64,000 bases of DNA from Patescibacteria group bacterium (GTDB taxonomy: Bacteria > Patescibacteriota > Patescibacteriia > UBA9934). The number at the start of each line of letters is the position of its first letter. The first letter of the stretch is position 1. The position numbers and the translations under genes were made by a program. Positions 1 to 9,270 of this stretch are shown here, one piece after another. The notes beneath the pieces are model-generated. The model ran no database searches. It worked only from the letters and a program-made list of their open reading frames with translations, and was not told the origin of the DNA. The stretch is from the NCBI GenBank assembly GCA_041660165.1, contig JBAZWW010000001.1, forward strand, positions 105,035-169,034. The letters are read 5' to 3'.

Positions 1-244
1 CAAATGCTTGAGCTGGCTCAAGGCCATCCCTCTCTCGGTGATTCAACGTGGAGCGGGGGATGAGTTTGTGACGGCCGGTGGGGTCTCGCTCGACGAAATA
101 AATCCGCAAACCATGGAGTCAAAGATCTGTCCCGGACTCTTTTTTGCGGGTGAGATTATGAACGTGGACGGCTTTACGGGCGGGTTCAATTTGCAAGCTT
201 CTTGGTCTGCCGGACGCCTGGCCGGGCTCAGCACTTGCAATTAA
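1..244 (+). CDS. C-terminal fragment of a HI0933/YhiN-like flavoprotein (5' end is outside the window)
   Basis: ORF runs off the left edge. Its C-terminal GxFFAGE...DGxTGGFNLQ motif is typical of the HI0933-like FAD-dependent oxidoreductase family. Confidence 0.55.
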   Translation, partial: KCLSWLKAIPLSVIQRGAGDEFVTAGGVSLDEINPQTMESKICPGLFFAGEIMNVDGFTGGFNLQASWSAGRLAGLSTCN

Positions 245-295
245 ATTGTTTTTCCGCTAATATCAGCGGATTGAATCTCAAAAATTGCAATTTGT

Positions 296-712
296 ATGTT
301 TAACAAGCGATTTGGCAACAAAGGCGGGGGTGATTGGAAAGCTAAAAAGAGTTTTGGTAAGGATTTTGGCGACCGTGATAGCGCTCCGCGCGAGATGCAT
401 GAGGCTACTTGTTCTGGCTGTAACAAGCAGTGTGAAGTGCCATTTAAACCTAACGGCCGAAAGCCAGTTTTCTGCAGTGATTGTTTCCGCAAGGATGAGA
501 ACCAGGACGACCGTGCGTCCTTTGGCGAAAAGCGCTCTTTCCGTGATGACCGGGGTTCAGACCGTGGCGCAGATCGCTCTTTTGATCGCCCAGCTCCGCA
601 TCCGAATGACAGAAGCACTGACCGCGGTTCGAGCGAGATTTGCGCTGAACTCCGCATCATGAATACCAAGCTCGACTCCATTTTGAAGGCCCTCACGAAT
701 GGTGGCGAGTAA
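296..712 (+). CDS. Zinc-ribbon protein of the CxxC-x17-CxxC family
   Basis: The CSGCNKQCEVPFKPNGRKPVFCSDCF motif is followed by a low-complexity Arg/Asp-rich tail, as in the TIGR04272-like domain. Confidence 0.55.
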   Translation: MFNKRFGNKGGGDWKAKKSFGKDFGDRDSAPREMHEATCSGCNKQCEVPFKPNGRKPVFCSDCFRKDENQDDRASFGEKRSFRDDRGSDRGADRSFDRPAPHPNDRSTDRGSSEICAELRIMNTKLDSILKALTNGGE

Positions 713-809
713 GTGCTCGTACAGGAAGAAGACGACCGCAACCCTGTGGTCGTTTTGATTTCTGGTAAACTGTAGCCATGGTTTTGTACCGTTCTGCTAT
801 CATAGAGGA

Positions 810-2141
810 ATGAACATTGGGAAACTGGCCATGGTTCGATTTGGTTTACTCGCGCTTGGTTTCGCGCTAGCTTTTCGAGTATTCTCGATTGTTCGCGCCG
901 AGGACACCCCGCAAGCCCTCCAGCAACAGCTGAAGGAAATCGAGAGACAGATCAAGGCTGACCAGGCGGAGATTAAGCAGGTCCAGGGGCAGGCCAAGAC
1001 ATTGGCGAACATTATCAAGGTGCTCGGGAAACAGCAGAGCGTTTTACAGTTGCAGATCCAGTCAACTGAGGTAACGCTCAACGATGTTGAAAACCGCTTG
1101 CAGGATACGCAGATTGCCATGCAGGCAAATGAGAAGCATAGGGTGGCGTTACGCGAGCAGATGGGGGAGCTGATTCGGCAGATGAATTCCGCGGACGAGC
1201 AATCACTTTTGTATTCGTTTATTTCAAGCAAGAACATTTTTGACGTGCTGAATACCATCGAGCAGTACAAACAGCTGACCACTGATATTGGCGGAGCAGT
1301 TACTCGGGCCCGTGAGACCTCGGTGAAGCTCAAAAAACAAGAGACCGAGTTTACGCTTGAACAAGAAGAAGCGAGAAATTTGCAAACTGTTCGTGGTTTA
1401 CAGCAAACCGCGCTCGTCGAGAATACCGCCGAGCAAAAGACACTACTCGCAAATACCAAAGGCCAGGAGGCCGTGTATCAGTCAGAGCTGGGCGATCACA
1501 AGGCGCAGGCTGCTTTGATTCGCAATCGTATCTATGAACTGCTCGACGCTGGCAATACGCACATCACTTTTGGCCAAGCAGTGAAGATTGCGGATTGGGT
1601 GCATGAAGTGACCGGCATAGAGCCGGCTTTTCTGCTCGCCGTTGTCAGCCAAGAGTCCTCTCTCGGCGCGAACGTTGGCACGTGTAATCGAGCGGGCGAC
1701 CCTCCCTCGAAGAATTGGAAAGTCGTCATGAAACCAACGCGCGACCAAGCGCCGTTTGTCTCGATCATGAACCAGCTCGGCCGAAGCACTGAGGGCACGC
1801 CCATCTCCTGCCCCATGCATGACAAAGCCGGCCACCAGATTGGCTGGGGCGGGGCCATGGGCCCGGCGCAGTTTATTCCGTCTACATGGACAGGCTACGA
1901 CGCCAAGATTTCTGCCCTCACCGGCAAGCCCGCTGATCCCTGGGACATCCGTGATGCCTTCGTAGCCGCTGCACTAAAGTTAACTGCCGACGGAGCCTCA
2001 AGTAACACCGATCAAGGGGAGTGGAACTCGGCGATGCGTTACTTCAGCGGTTCGACCAATCCGCAATTCCGTTTCTACGGGGATCAGGTAATGACTCGCA
2101 CCGAGCGGTACAGAGCTGACATCAAAGAACTCGATAATTAG
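810..2141 (+). CDS. Secreted coiled-coil protein with a C-terminal lytic transglycosylase domain
   Basis: It has an N-terminal signal/TM segment, a long Q/E/L-rich coiled coil, and a C-terminal GAMGPAQFIPSTW motif of the MltB/Slt-like family. Confidence 0.65.
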   Translation: MNIGKLAMVRFGLLALGFALAFRVFSIVRAEDTPQALQQQLKEIERQIKADQAEIKQVQGQAKTLANIIKVLGKQQSVLQLQIQSTEVTLNDVENRLQDTQIAMQANEKHRVALREQMGELIRQMNSADEQSLLYSFISSKNIFDVLNTIEQYKQLTTDIGGAVTRARETSVKLKKQETEFTLEQEEARNLQTVRGLQQTALVENTAEQKTLLANTKGQEAVYQSELGDHKAQAALIRNRIYELLDAGNTHITFGQAVKIADWVHEVTGIEPAFLLAVVSQESSLGANVGTCNRAGDPPSKNWKVVMKPTRDQAPFVSIMNQLGRSTEGTPISCPMHDKAGHQIGWGGAMGPAQFIPSTWTGYDAKISALTGKPADPWDIRDAFVAAALKLTADGASSNTDQGEWNSAMRYFSGSTNPQFRFYGDQVMTRTERYRADIKELDN

Positions 2142-2191
2142 GGCGAAGTGAAGACGAACTTGTTATTCGTCCCATCTTTATCTTGATCGCC

Positions 2192-2225
2192 TCCGTACAC
2201 TAAGTTGTACGGGGCGTTTTCATTT
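2192..2225 (+). terminator. Rho-independent terminator candidate after the transglycosylase gene
   Basis: The hairpin CCGTACA-ctaagt-TGTACGG is followed by GGCGTTTTCATTT. Confidence 0.45.
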
Positions 2226-2273
2226 GTGGGTATGTATAGACGCTGTACTTCATTTGTACTACACTGCGGGTAT

Positions 2274-2474
2274 ATGAATACTATGCTTCAGGTGCGGGTT
2301 GATGGGAAAATCAAAGAGAAGGCCGGGAAGGCCTTTGTGGCCATGGGTCTTGATTTGTCATCGGGGGTGAGGCTCTATCTTACGCATGTAGCAAGAACGA
2401 AAACTATCCCGTACACAATGCTAGACATTGATAATTTTATTCGAGAACAAAAGATCAAACCTGCTACCAAATAG
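2274..2474 (+). CDS. DinJ/RelB-family antitoxin-like protein (ribbon-helix-helix)
   Basis: MLQVRVDGKIKEKAGKAFVAMGLDLSSGVRLYLTHVARTKTIPY aligns to the DinJ pattern VRxDxxLKxxAxxVLxxMGLxxSxxVRxxLTxVAxxKxLPF. The true start is taken as the ATG at 2274, not the ORF-track start at 2205, which lies inside the upstream terminator. Confidence 0.6.
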   Translation: MNTMLQVRVDGKIKEKAGKAFVAMGLDLSSGVRLYLTHVARTKTIPYTMLDIDNFIREQKIKPATK

Positions 2475-2480
2475 ACCTCT

Positions 2481-3038
2481 ATGGACTTCGGCAAACAAGC
2501 GATTATCATCCGCGGAAACGGGAACGCGAAACCAAGTAGTCATTGGTTCCCGTATGTTGAGCGCGAGCTGACCAAGCTCGGCCTTGAGGTGGTGAACGTT
2601 GAGTTTCCTGATCCCGTCATGGCGCATGAGCGCGAGTGGCTGCCGTTTCTTGACGAACTCGGTGCGGATGAGAACACGATTTTGATCGGCCATTCGTCTG
2701 GGGCGGTGGCGGCCATGCGGTACGCGGAGAAGAATGAAATCCTTGGCTCAGTCCTGGTTGGCGCCTGTTATACGGATCTTGGTGATGCGGGGGAGCGTGA
2801 GAGCGGGTATTATGATCGCCCGTGGGATTGGGAAGCAATCAAGAAGAACCAGCGGTGGATTGTGCAGTTTGCTTCAACGGATGACCCATTGATTCCGATT
2901 GCGGAGGCCAGGCATATTCACGAGGTGCTCGGCACAGAATACACAGAGTTCACTGACCGCCAGCATTTTGGCTATCCCAAAGAACAGAAAGAATTTCCTG
3001 AACTGGTGGCGTCTGTTCGTGAGAAGCTGAAGAGATAG
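2481..3038 (+). CDS. RBBP9/YdeN-family serine hydrolase (alpha/beta fold, PF06821-like)
   Basis: The IIIRGNGN..HWFPYV...GHSSGA nucleophile elbow and overall length match YdeN/RBBP9. The start lies 6 nt after the DinJ-like stop. Confidence 0.75.
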   Translation: MDFGKQAIIIRGNGNAKPSSHWFPYVERELTKLGLEVVNVEFPDPVMAHEREWLPFLDELGADENTILIGHSSGAVAAMRYAEKNEILGSVLVGACYTDLGDAGERESGYYDRPWDWEAIKKNQRWIVQFASTDDPLIPIAEARHIHEVLGTEYTEFTDRQHFGYPKEQKEFPELVASVREKLKR

Positions 3039-3054
3039 CTTAGACAGACCTGGC

Positions 3055-3120
3055 GTTCTTAGACCCTGACGTGAGGAAGCCCGTCCGACCGGATCGTCCG
3101 GGCGGGGGTCTAGAGGTGGA
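3055..3120. repeat. Short hairpin unit GACCCTGACGTGAGGAAG..GGTCTAGAGGTGG with an internal palindromic insertion
   Basis: The same unit recurs at about 23149, 23563 (inverted) and 26030. Confidence 0.5.
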
Positions 3121-3123
3121 CGC

Positions 3124-4902
3124 TTATGTATTTTTTTGCGTCTCCTGATACTTCTCCCACATTGTCTGGAATCTTTTCGAGTTTCTCATTAGCTCGTCGA
3201 GCGATCCCGATGTGATGATTCGTCCCTCGTCAAAATAGTAAATAACGTCAAACAGGTGAAGGAGGTGCAAGCGGTGAACGGAGGAGATGATGGCCTTATT
3301 CTTAAATTCTTTAAAAATATTTTCGTAAATGGCGGATTCGTTTTGGAGATCGACACTGCTGGTCGGCTCATCGAGCAAGACAATCGACTTGTCAGTACAG
3401 GCGAGTAATCCGCGAGCCAGCGCCAGGCGTTGTTTTTCGCCTCCGCTCAAGTTCACGCCTTTTTCGACGATCGAGGAATCAAGTCCGTGGGGGAGACGCT
3501 CGACTACATCCGTAAACCTGGCCATGTCCGTGTACTTGGTGATTGTTGAAGCCTTGTGCTCCACGCCCATCGTAATGTTTTCCCGAATAGTCGTAGCGAA
3601 AATCTCCGGATCCTGCGGGATTAGGGCAATCTGCGCGCTCATGGCGTCTAGTCCGTGCTTGAGCGGTTTGCCGTCAAGGATTACTCGAACATTCTTCGGT
3701 TCATACAGTCCTCGCAAAACTTTCAGCATGGTGGTCTTTCCGCTTCCGCTCTCGCCAATGAAGGCAATACGCGCTCCTCGACGAATAGAGATCGAGACAT
3801 CTTCAAGGTGAAGATCAGCGCCGGTTTCTGGATGATATGAGAAGGAGAGCTGGTTGATGTCCAGTTCCTTCCAGTTTGGTTTTGATGAAAGAAGGTTGAG
3901 ATTTTTCTTGGTGCGGAATTCGTCTGAAAGCTCCTCGGCATTTAAGACAGCCGAGCGTTGCTTAACCATGTCGCCGTACATGTAGGTGAAGTTGAAGAAG
4001 ACATCCGTGGCCCGCTGAACATAGGTATAGAGGAGATAGACCGCGCCAAGCGAGACGGCCAGGCCAAGCTGAACATTATGGGTGAAGTAAATGGCCAGCA
4101 CAAAGAACATGGTGATGCCCGTGCACATGGCTACCAGAAACCACTTCACTTCATTTAGCGTGGTATTCTTCTTATAGAGCGGGAATGGCTGGAAGATTTT
4201 AGTTTCTATGGTTTTGGCAACGAGTTTTTCAATTCGCAAGACAATGACCGTGGTCACATTGCTGATGACGTCAAATACTTTTGCGGAATTGGAATTGTAC
4301 ATTCGGTTTAATTCCCGATATTGCGCAATCAGCCGTTTATCAAAGGTGAGAATGATAACTGCGCTGACGCCAGCCATGCCGGCCACAATGAGGCCCGCCC
4401 AAATATCAAAGTAAAGGAGAATGCCAAAGGTGAAGAGAAGCCGGGAAGCGCTTTCTACAAGTTTATAAGTATCCTCGGCAAAGTTGCCAAGCGCCGTGGA
4501 GCCTTTTTCGATTTTATCTATCGTGTCGCCGGAATGATGATCCGTGTGCCAGGACGCTGGCAGATCAAGGACGCCATTAACGAGGAACATTTTGAAGTTC
4601 GAGAAAGTCAAAAAAGAATTCTTTCTTTCTATCACTCTGGCTGGTCCGTGAAAAGCCCAGAAGGCCAGCTGGACGCCTACAAACGAGCTTGAGAGCAGGA
4701 TGATTGACGGCAGAGTTGCTTGAGTGACGCCTTGGAATTGAATGACGTCGAGAATTTTTGCAACAAAGAACGGCTCCAGCAAATAAACCGTGTTAGCCCC
4801 CAAGAACAAGACAAAATACAAAACAACCATTCGGCGGTTGCCGGCGGAATATTTCCACAAGCGTTTGAGCAAGAAGAGTACCGGGTTGTTATCCAGCTTC
4901 AT
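3124..4902 (-). CDS. ABC exporter, fused permease/ATPase (MsbA/ABCB-type)
   Basis: It has six N-terminal TM helices, then GESGSGKTT Walker A, LSGGEKQRLALAR signature and LLDEPTS Walker B. The start is moved to the MKLDNNP ATG at 4900-4902; the ORF track extends it to 5013. Confidence 0.85.
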   Translation of the reverse strand: MKLDNNPVLFLLKRLWKYSAGNRRMVVLYFVLFLGANTVYLLEPFFVAKILDVIQFQGVTQATLPSIILLSSSFVGVQLAFWAFHGPARVIERKNSFLTFSNFKMFLVNGVLDLPASWHTDHHSGDTIDKIEKGSTALGNFAEDTYKLVESASRLLFTFGILLYFDIWAGLIVAGMAGVSAVIILTFDKRLIAQYRELNRMYNSNSAKVFDVISNVTTVIVLRIEKLVAKTIETKIFQPFPLYKKNTTLNEVKWFLVAMCTGITMFFVLAIYFTHNVQLGLAVSLGAVYLLYTYVQRATDVFFNFTYMYGDMVKQRSAVLNAEELSDEFRTKKNLNLLSSKPNWKELDINQLSFSYHPETGADLHLEDVSISIRRGARIAFIGESGSGKTTMLKVLRGLYEPKNVRVILDGKPLKHGLDAMSAQIALIPQDPEIFATTIRENITMGVEHKASTITKYTDMARFTDVVERLPHGLDSSIVEKGVNLSGGEKQRLALARGLLACTDKSIVLLDEPTSSVDLQNESAIYENIFKEFKNKAIISSVHRLHLLHLFDVIYYFDEGRIITSGSLDELMRNSKRFQTMWEKYQETQKNT

Positions 4903-4989
4903 AAGGCACCAGCAATTATAACAGGATAGCGCTCCTGTTCCCGATGTTGTAAACTTCCACCCATAATGCAACGCACTTCTTTCATGCGT

Positions 4990-6285
4990 ATGGCCAAGAT
5001 TGCCAAGATTCATGGGCGGGAAATTCTTGATTCGCGCGGGAATCCTACGGTTGAGGTTGATCTGTGGCTTGATAGCGGGCAGATGGTTAGGGCGAGTGTC
5101 CCCTCGGGCGCATCCACCGGTAAGCGCGAGGCGATTGAACTGCGCGATGGCGACAAGAAGCGCTATGCAGGCAAAGGCGTCTTAAACGCGGTGAATAACG
5201 TGAATACTGAACTGGCCAAACTGGTAGTCGGCCAGGATCCGGATGAACTTGAGAAGATCGATCAGATGATGATTGAGCTTGATGGCACTGAGAACAAAGG
5301 CCGGCTGGGGGCGAATGCAATTCTCGGCGTCTCCATCGCCGTCTTGAAGGCGGGCGCGGCTGCTGCGAATCTCCCCATCTACGAATACATCAAACGAAAG
5401 TATCGCCCAGAGACGCCGTACATCATGCCGGTGCCCATGTTCAACATTTTGAACGGTGGATTGCACGCCGAGGGCTCGTCCGATTTTCAGGAGTACAAGA
5501 TCGCTGCCATTGGTGCGCCGAGTTTGACGGAGGCTGTGCGCTGGAGTGCGGAGGTGTTCCACGTCCTTAAAAAGATTCTGCACGAGCGCGGTTTGACTAC
5601 AACGGTGGGGGATGAGGGGGGCTTTGCCCCGGCGCTCAGCTCGAACGACGAGTACCCACAGATCATTGTTGAAGCGATCAAGAAGGCGGGATACGAACCA
5701 GGTAAGGATATTTATCTGGCTCTCGATCCAGCGAGTAGTGCCTTCTATGACAATGGCAAGTACAATTTGAAGCGTGATGGTCGAGTACTAAACTCGGACG
5801 AAATGATTGCTTTCTGGGTTGATTGGGTGAACAAGTATCCGATTATCTCCATTGAGGATGGGCTAGGCGAGGATGACTGGGAGAACTGGAAGAAACTTTA
5901 CGAGACCCTGGGTCACAAGATCCAGATCATGGGTGATGATTTGCTCGTCACAAATCCCAAGATCATCAAGAAAGCAATAGCTGACAAGCTGGCTAACTCG
6001 GCCTTGATCAAGATCAACCAGATCGGTTCGATGTCTGAGACGATTGAAGCGGTGAACCTGGCCCACGCTGCGGGCTGGTCGGCCGTCGTGTCTCACCGAT
6101 CGGGGGAGACCGAAGACACAACTATCGCTGACCTGGTGGTCGGCCTTAGTACGGGCATGATCAAGACAGGCTCGGCCAGCCGGTCAGAACGCGTGGCCAA
6201 GTACAACCAGCTGATGCGCATTGAGGAAGAACTGGGGGAGAAGGCTGTGTACCCCGGCATGAAGGCGTTTGCGAATATTAAGTAG
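4990..6285 (+). CDS. eno: Enolase (phosphopyruvate hydratase)
   Basis: MAKIAKIHGREILDSRGNPTVEVD and SHRSGETEDTTIADL motifs identify it. The start is trimmed to the MAKI ATG. Confidence 0.95.
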   Translation: MAKIAKIHGREILDSRGNPTVEVDLWLDSGQMVRASVPSGASTGKREAIELRDGDKKRYAGKGVLNAVNNVNTELAKLVVGQDPDELEKIDQMMIELDGTENKGRLGANAILGVSIAVLKAGAAAANLPIYEYIKRKYRPETPYIMPVPMFNILNGGLHAEGSSDFQEYKIAAIGAPSLTEAVRWSAEVFHVLKKILHERGLTTTVGDEGGFAPALSSNDEYPQIIVEAIKKAGYEPGKDIYLALDPASSAFYDNGKYNLKRDGRVLNSDEMIAFWVDWVNKYPIISIEDGLGEDDWENWKKLYETLGHKIQIMGDDLLVTNPKIIKKAIADKLANSALIKINQIGSMSETIEAVNLAHAAGWSAVVSHRSGETEDTTIADLVVGLSTGMIKTGSASRSERVAKYNQLMRIEEELGEKAVYPGMKAFANIK

Positions 6286-6294
6286 GTCTTGTTC

Positions 6295-6425
6295 GTGTCA
6301 TCCCGACGTAAGGAGGGATCTGAATTGGCAATCTGGATAATGCATCGACCAATCAGATCTCTCGGCCGTCGGACGGCCTCGAGATGACAACAACGCTCAG
6401 GCTGACGCTGAGACTCGGGACGACA
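6295..6425. repeat. Dispersed nested-palindrome repeat, copy A (MITE/REP-like)
   Basis: GTCATCCCGACG...GGGATCTGAATTGG..CCAATCAGATCTCTCGGCCGTCGGACGGCCTCGAGATGAC, directly after the eno stop. Confidence 0.6.
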
Positions 6426-6441
6426 GCGAATAATACATAAG

Positions 6442-6474
6442 ACACTTATTATATAAGAGACTTATATAATTTCT
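6442..6474. promoter_or_regulatory. Conserved AT-rich palindrome block (TTATATAAG-aga-CTTATATAA) upstream of the helicase gene
   Basis: The arms are a perfect 9-bp inverted repeat. A near-identical 33-bp block occurs at 26683-26716. Confidence 0.4.
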
Positions 6475-6494
6475 GCTTGGGACGCGAATTTTCT

Positions 6495-8171
6495 ATGACC
6501 CAAAATGAAGCCCTTAACATCCTCAAAACCGGCGCGAATGTGTTCCTGACGGGGGAGCCAGGGGCGGGCAAGAGCCACACTGTGCGCGAGTACGTGCACT
6601 ATTTGCGCTCGCATGGCGTAGAGCCGGCCATTACGGCAAGTACCGGCATCGCCGCCACGCACATTGGCGGGCTCACCATTCATTCCTGGAGCGGGATTGG
6701 CATCAAGAAGGCGCTGACGAAGCACGAGATTCGAGAAATCGGAACTAACGATCGTGTAGCGAGCCGGATGCGGAAGACGCATGTGCTGATTATTGACGAG
6801 GTGTCCATGCTCGACGCCAACACGCTCGGCCTGGTTGACGCGGTGTTGCGAGGAGTGAAAGAGAATCACGCGGCCTTTGGTGGGATGCAGGTTATCTTTG
6901 TGGGCGACTTTTTCCAGCTTCCGCCAGTGTCCAGGCACGGCGAGGAGCCGAGCGAATTCTCTTTTACTGCAGACGCGTGGCACTCGGCCAAGCCGGTGGT
7001 TTGCTATTTGAGCGAGCAACACCGTCAAGAGGATCCCGAATTTCTCGAGGTCCTGTCCTCGATGCGTACCGGCAGTGTCCCCGCCGAGCACAAAGCTCGT
7101 CTGCTCGCTCGCCAACAAACGGGTGTTTCAGAATCCGATATCACGAAACTGTTCCCGCACAACGCCGACGTGGATAGGATCAACGCGAATGAGCTCTCGA
7201 AAATCCCGGGGGAGGCCAAATCTTTTAAGATGAATGACAACGGGAATCCAAAAATGTGCGAGGCTTTGCGCCGGGGCTGTCTCTCGCCCGAGAGGCTCGA
7301 CTTGAAGAAAGGCGCGCGAGTCATGTTTACTCGAAACAATTTCGAGGAGGGTTTTGTGAACGGCACAACGGGGGATGTAGAAGGCTTCTCGCCAGATACA
7401 GGATTCCCCGTAGTAATAACTCGATCCGGTCGCCGAATCGAAGTAGAACCGGCGCGCTGGGCGATTGAGGCGGATTCAAGAACGCTTGCGTCAATTTCGC
7501 AGATTCCTTTACGGCTGGCGTGGGCCATGACCGTGCATAAGAGCCAAGGCATGAGTCTCGACGCGGCCTTCGTTGATTTGTCCGGCGCGTTTGCGTACGG
7601 GCAGGGGTATGTGGCGCTGTCGAGAGTTCGTACGCTCGCCGGTCTGTTCCTTGGCGGTCTCAATGAGCGCGCGCTCGAGGTTGATCAAACGGTGCTTGCC
7701 GAAGACGGCGAGTTTAGAGCGCGCTCGGAAAATGCTCGAACAACCTACGGCGAACTTGATTCCGCAAAACTTGAACAGAAGCACAAAGGATTTTTGGTAG
7801 CCTGCGGGGGGAGAGTAACGGCGCGGACACCTATCGAGATGCTCGCGGCCCCGCTCACTCGCACACCAAGGAGCAAAGAACCACGATACGAACAAACGCT
7901 CGCGTTATTACTCGAAGGAAAAAGCGTGAGCGAGGTTGCCACCGAGCGGAGCCGAAAAGACGGGACAATTATCGAACACCTCGAAAAGTTAAAAGAACTC
8001 GGCAAACTGCCAAAGGAAAAATTGGAACACCTGCAGAGCAAAAAAATGTTCGCAGACATTCACTCCGCGTTCAAGGCCAAGAAGACTCAACAGCTGAGCC
8101 CGATCTTTGCGCACCTAAAGGGCAAGTACTCGTACGATGACATCAGGCTCGCGCGCATTTTCTACCCGTAG
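6495..8171 (+). CDS. PIF1/RecD-like ATP-dependent DNA helicase (AAA_30 family) with C-terminal HTH-like region
   Basis: LTGEPGAGKSH Walker A, LIIDEVSM Walker B and the FFQLPPV motif identify it. The ORF track begins at a TTG (6477), so the ATG at 6495 is preferred. Confidence 0.75.
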   Translation: MTQNEALNILKTGANVFLTGEPGAGKSHTVREYVHYLRSHGVEPAITASTGIAATHIGGLTIHSWSGIGIKKALTKHEIREIGTNDRVASRMRKTHVLIIDEVSMLDANTLGLVDAVLRGVKENHAAFGGMQVIFVGDFFQLPPVSRHGEEPSEFSFTADAWHSAKPVVCYLSEQHRQEDPEFLEVLSSMRTGSVPAEHKARLLARQQTGVSESDITKLFPHNADVDRINANELSKIPGEAKSFKMNDNGNPKMCEALRRGCLSPERLDLKKGARVMFTRNNFEEGFVNGTTGDVEGFSPDTGFPVVITRSGRRIEVEPARWAIEADSRTLASISQIPLRLAWAMTVHKSQGMSLDAAFVDLSGAFAYGQGYVALSRVRTLAGLFLGGLNERALEVDQTVLAEDGEFRARSENARTTYGELDSAKLEQKHKGFLVACGGRVTARTPIEMLAAPLTRTPRSKEPRYEQTLALLLEGKSVSEVATERSRKDGTIIEHLEKLKELGKLPKEKLEHLQSKKMFADIHSAFKAKKTQQLSPIFAHLKGKYSYDDIRLARIFYP

Positions 8172-8190
8172 ATTTGGTATACTCTGGCAT

Positions 8191-8835
8191 ATGTGTTTTT
8201 CAGCAACTGCTAGTTTCGTAGCCAGTGGGGTGCTCGTAGGCGCCTCGATTATTACGTTTGCGAACATGAGGAAACAGCCGACAAGGCTGTTCGCTGTCAT
8301 CCCGCTGTTGTTCGCTGTACAACAAGCTATTGAGGGCTTCCAATGGCTGGCGCTCGGCCACGGTTCGGCTAGCTTGCCATTAGGCTACGCGTTTCTCTTT
8401 TTTGCCTATCTGTTCTGGCCGGTTTTCCTTCCGCTCGCTTCGCTTCAAGCGGAGACTGACAAAACTCGGCGAACGCTTATCAAGGTTTGTTTCGGCGCGG
8501 GCATTTTTACGGCCATTCTTTTGGGCTACTATCTCATTGCCCGACCGCTCGTTGTAGAGGAGCTTGGGAATTGCATAAACTATTCCATTGAAACCACGCA
8601 TTCCGTTATCCTGCCCTTGGCGTATGTTATATCAGTTATTGGTGGAGGCCTTTTGGTCAAACGTTTCTGGATCCAGATGTTTGGCACTCTTGGCCTTGTT
8701 GGCCTGGCCGTAAGTTACATTGGCTTCACTCAGGCCTACCAATCCGTCTGGTGTTTTTTTGCGGCCGCTCTCAGCCTGTGCGTGATCATGGAGTTGCGCG
8801 CTCATCATCAACGATCAAATAATAAACAAGAGTAA
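8191..8835 (+). CDS. Multi-pass membrane protein, hypothetical
   Basis: About six predicted hydrophobic helices. The start is moved to the internal ATG so it does not overlap the helicase 3' end. Confidence 0.45.
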   Translation: MCFSATASFVASGVLVGASIITFANMRKQPTRLFAVIPLLFAVQQAIEGFQWLALGHGSASLPLGYAFLFFAYLFWPVFLPLASLQAETDKTRRTLIKVCFGAGIFTAILLGYYLIARPLVVEELGNCINYSIETTHSVILPLAYVISVIGGGLLVKRFWIQMFGTLGLVGLAVSYIGFTQAYQSVWCFFAAALSLCVIMELRAHHQRSNNKQE

Positions 8836-8847
8836 TTATTTTCTTAT

Positions 8848-9255
8848 ATGACAACTTTTCATTCGTATCGTTTGGGGCTTGCGTGTTCGGCAGTCGCTCT
8901 AGTTTTTATGGGCGCTGGTTGCACTGGATCATCATTAAACACACCGAGCGTTTCGACTGCTCCCGTAGCGCAGTCGGCCATCACGGTTGCCTCGCCCAAG
9001 GCGAATGAGACTGTCACAAACCCGCTGGCCATCACGGGCCAGGCTCCTGTTGGGCAAACGGTTTATGCTGCCGCCGTGGTAGACGGCAACCCCGTTTCTT
9101 TGACGCTCGATCAGCCGGATGAGGCAGGCAACTTTACCCTAAAGGAACTTGGACTTGATCGAGTCACTGGTGACTTTTCGCTAGTGGTCTACAACATTAA
9201 CGAGAACGGCGACTGGCTGAACCAGGTGACGATCCCACTGCATCTCAGACAGTAG
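8848..9255 (+). CDS. Small lipoprotein, possibly an Ig-like beta-sandwich
   Basis: Signal peptide with lipobox FMGAGC. Its architecture is similar to the lipoprotein at 63333..63719. Confidence 0.5.
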   Translation: MTTFHSYRLGLACSAVALVFMGAGCTGSSLNTPSVSTAPVAQSAITVASPKANETVTNPLAITGQAPVGQTVYAAAVVDGNPVSLTLDQPDEAGNFTLKELGLDRVTGDFSLVVYNINENGDWLNQVTIPLHLRQ

Positions 9256-9270
9256 AGGATATCCTCGGCA

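Noticed and set aside
2205-2273. ORF-track start of the DinJ-like gene at 2205
   Set aside because: That start lies inside the upstream terminator hairpin. The DinJ alignment begins near MLQVR, so the ATG at 2274 is used.
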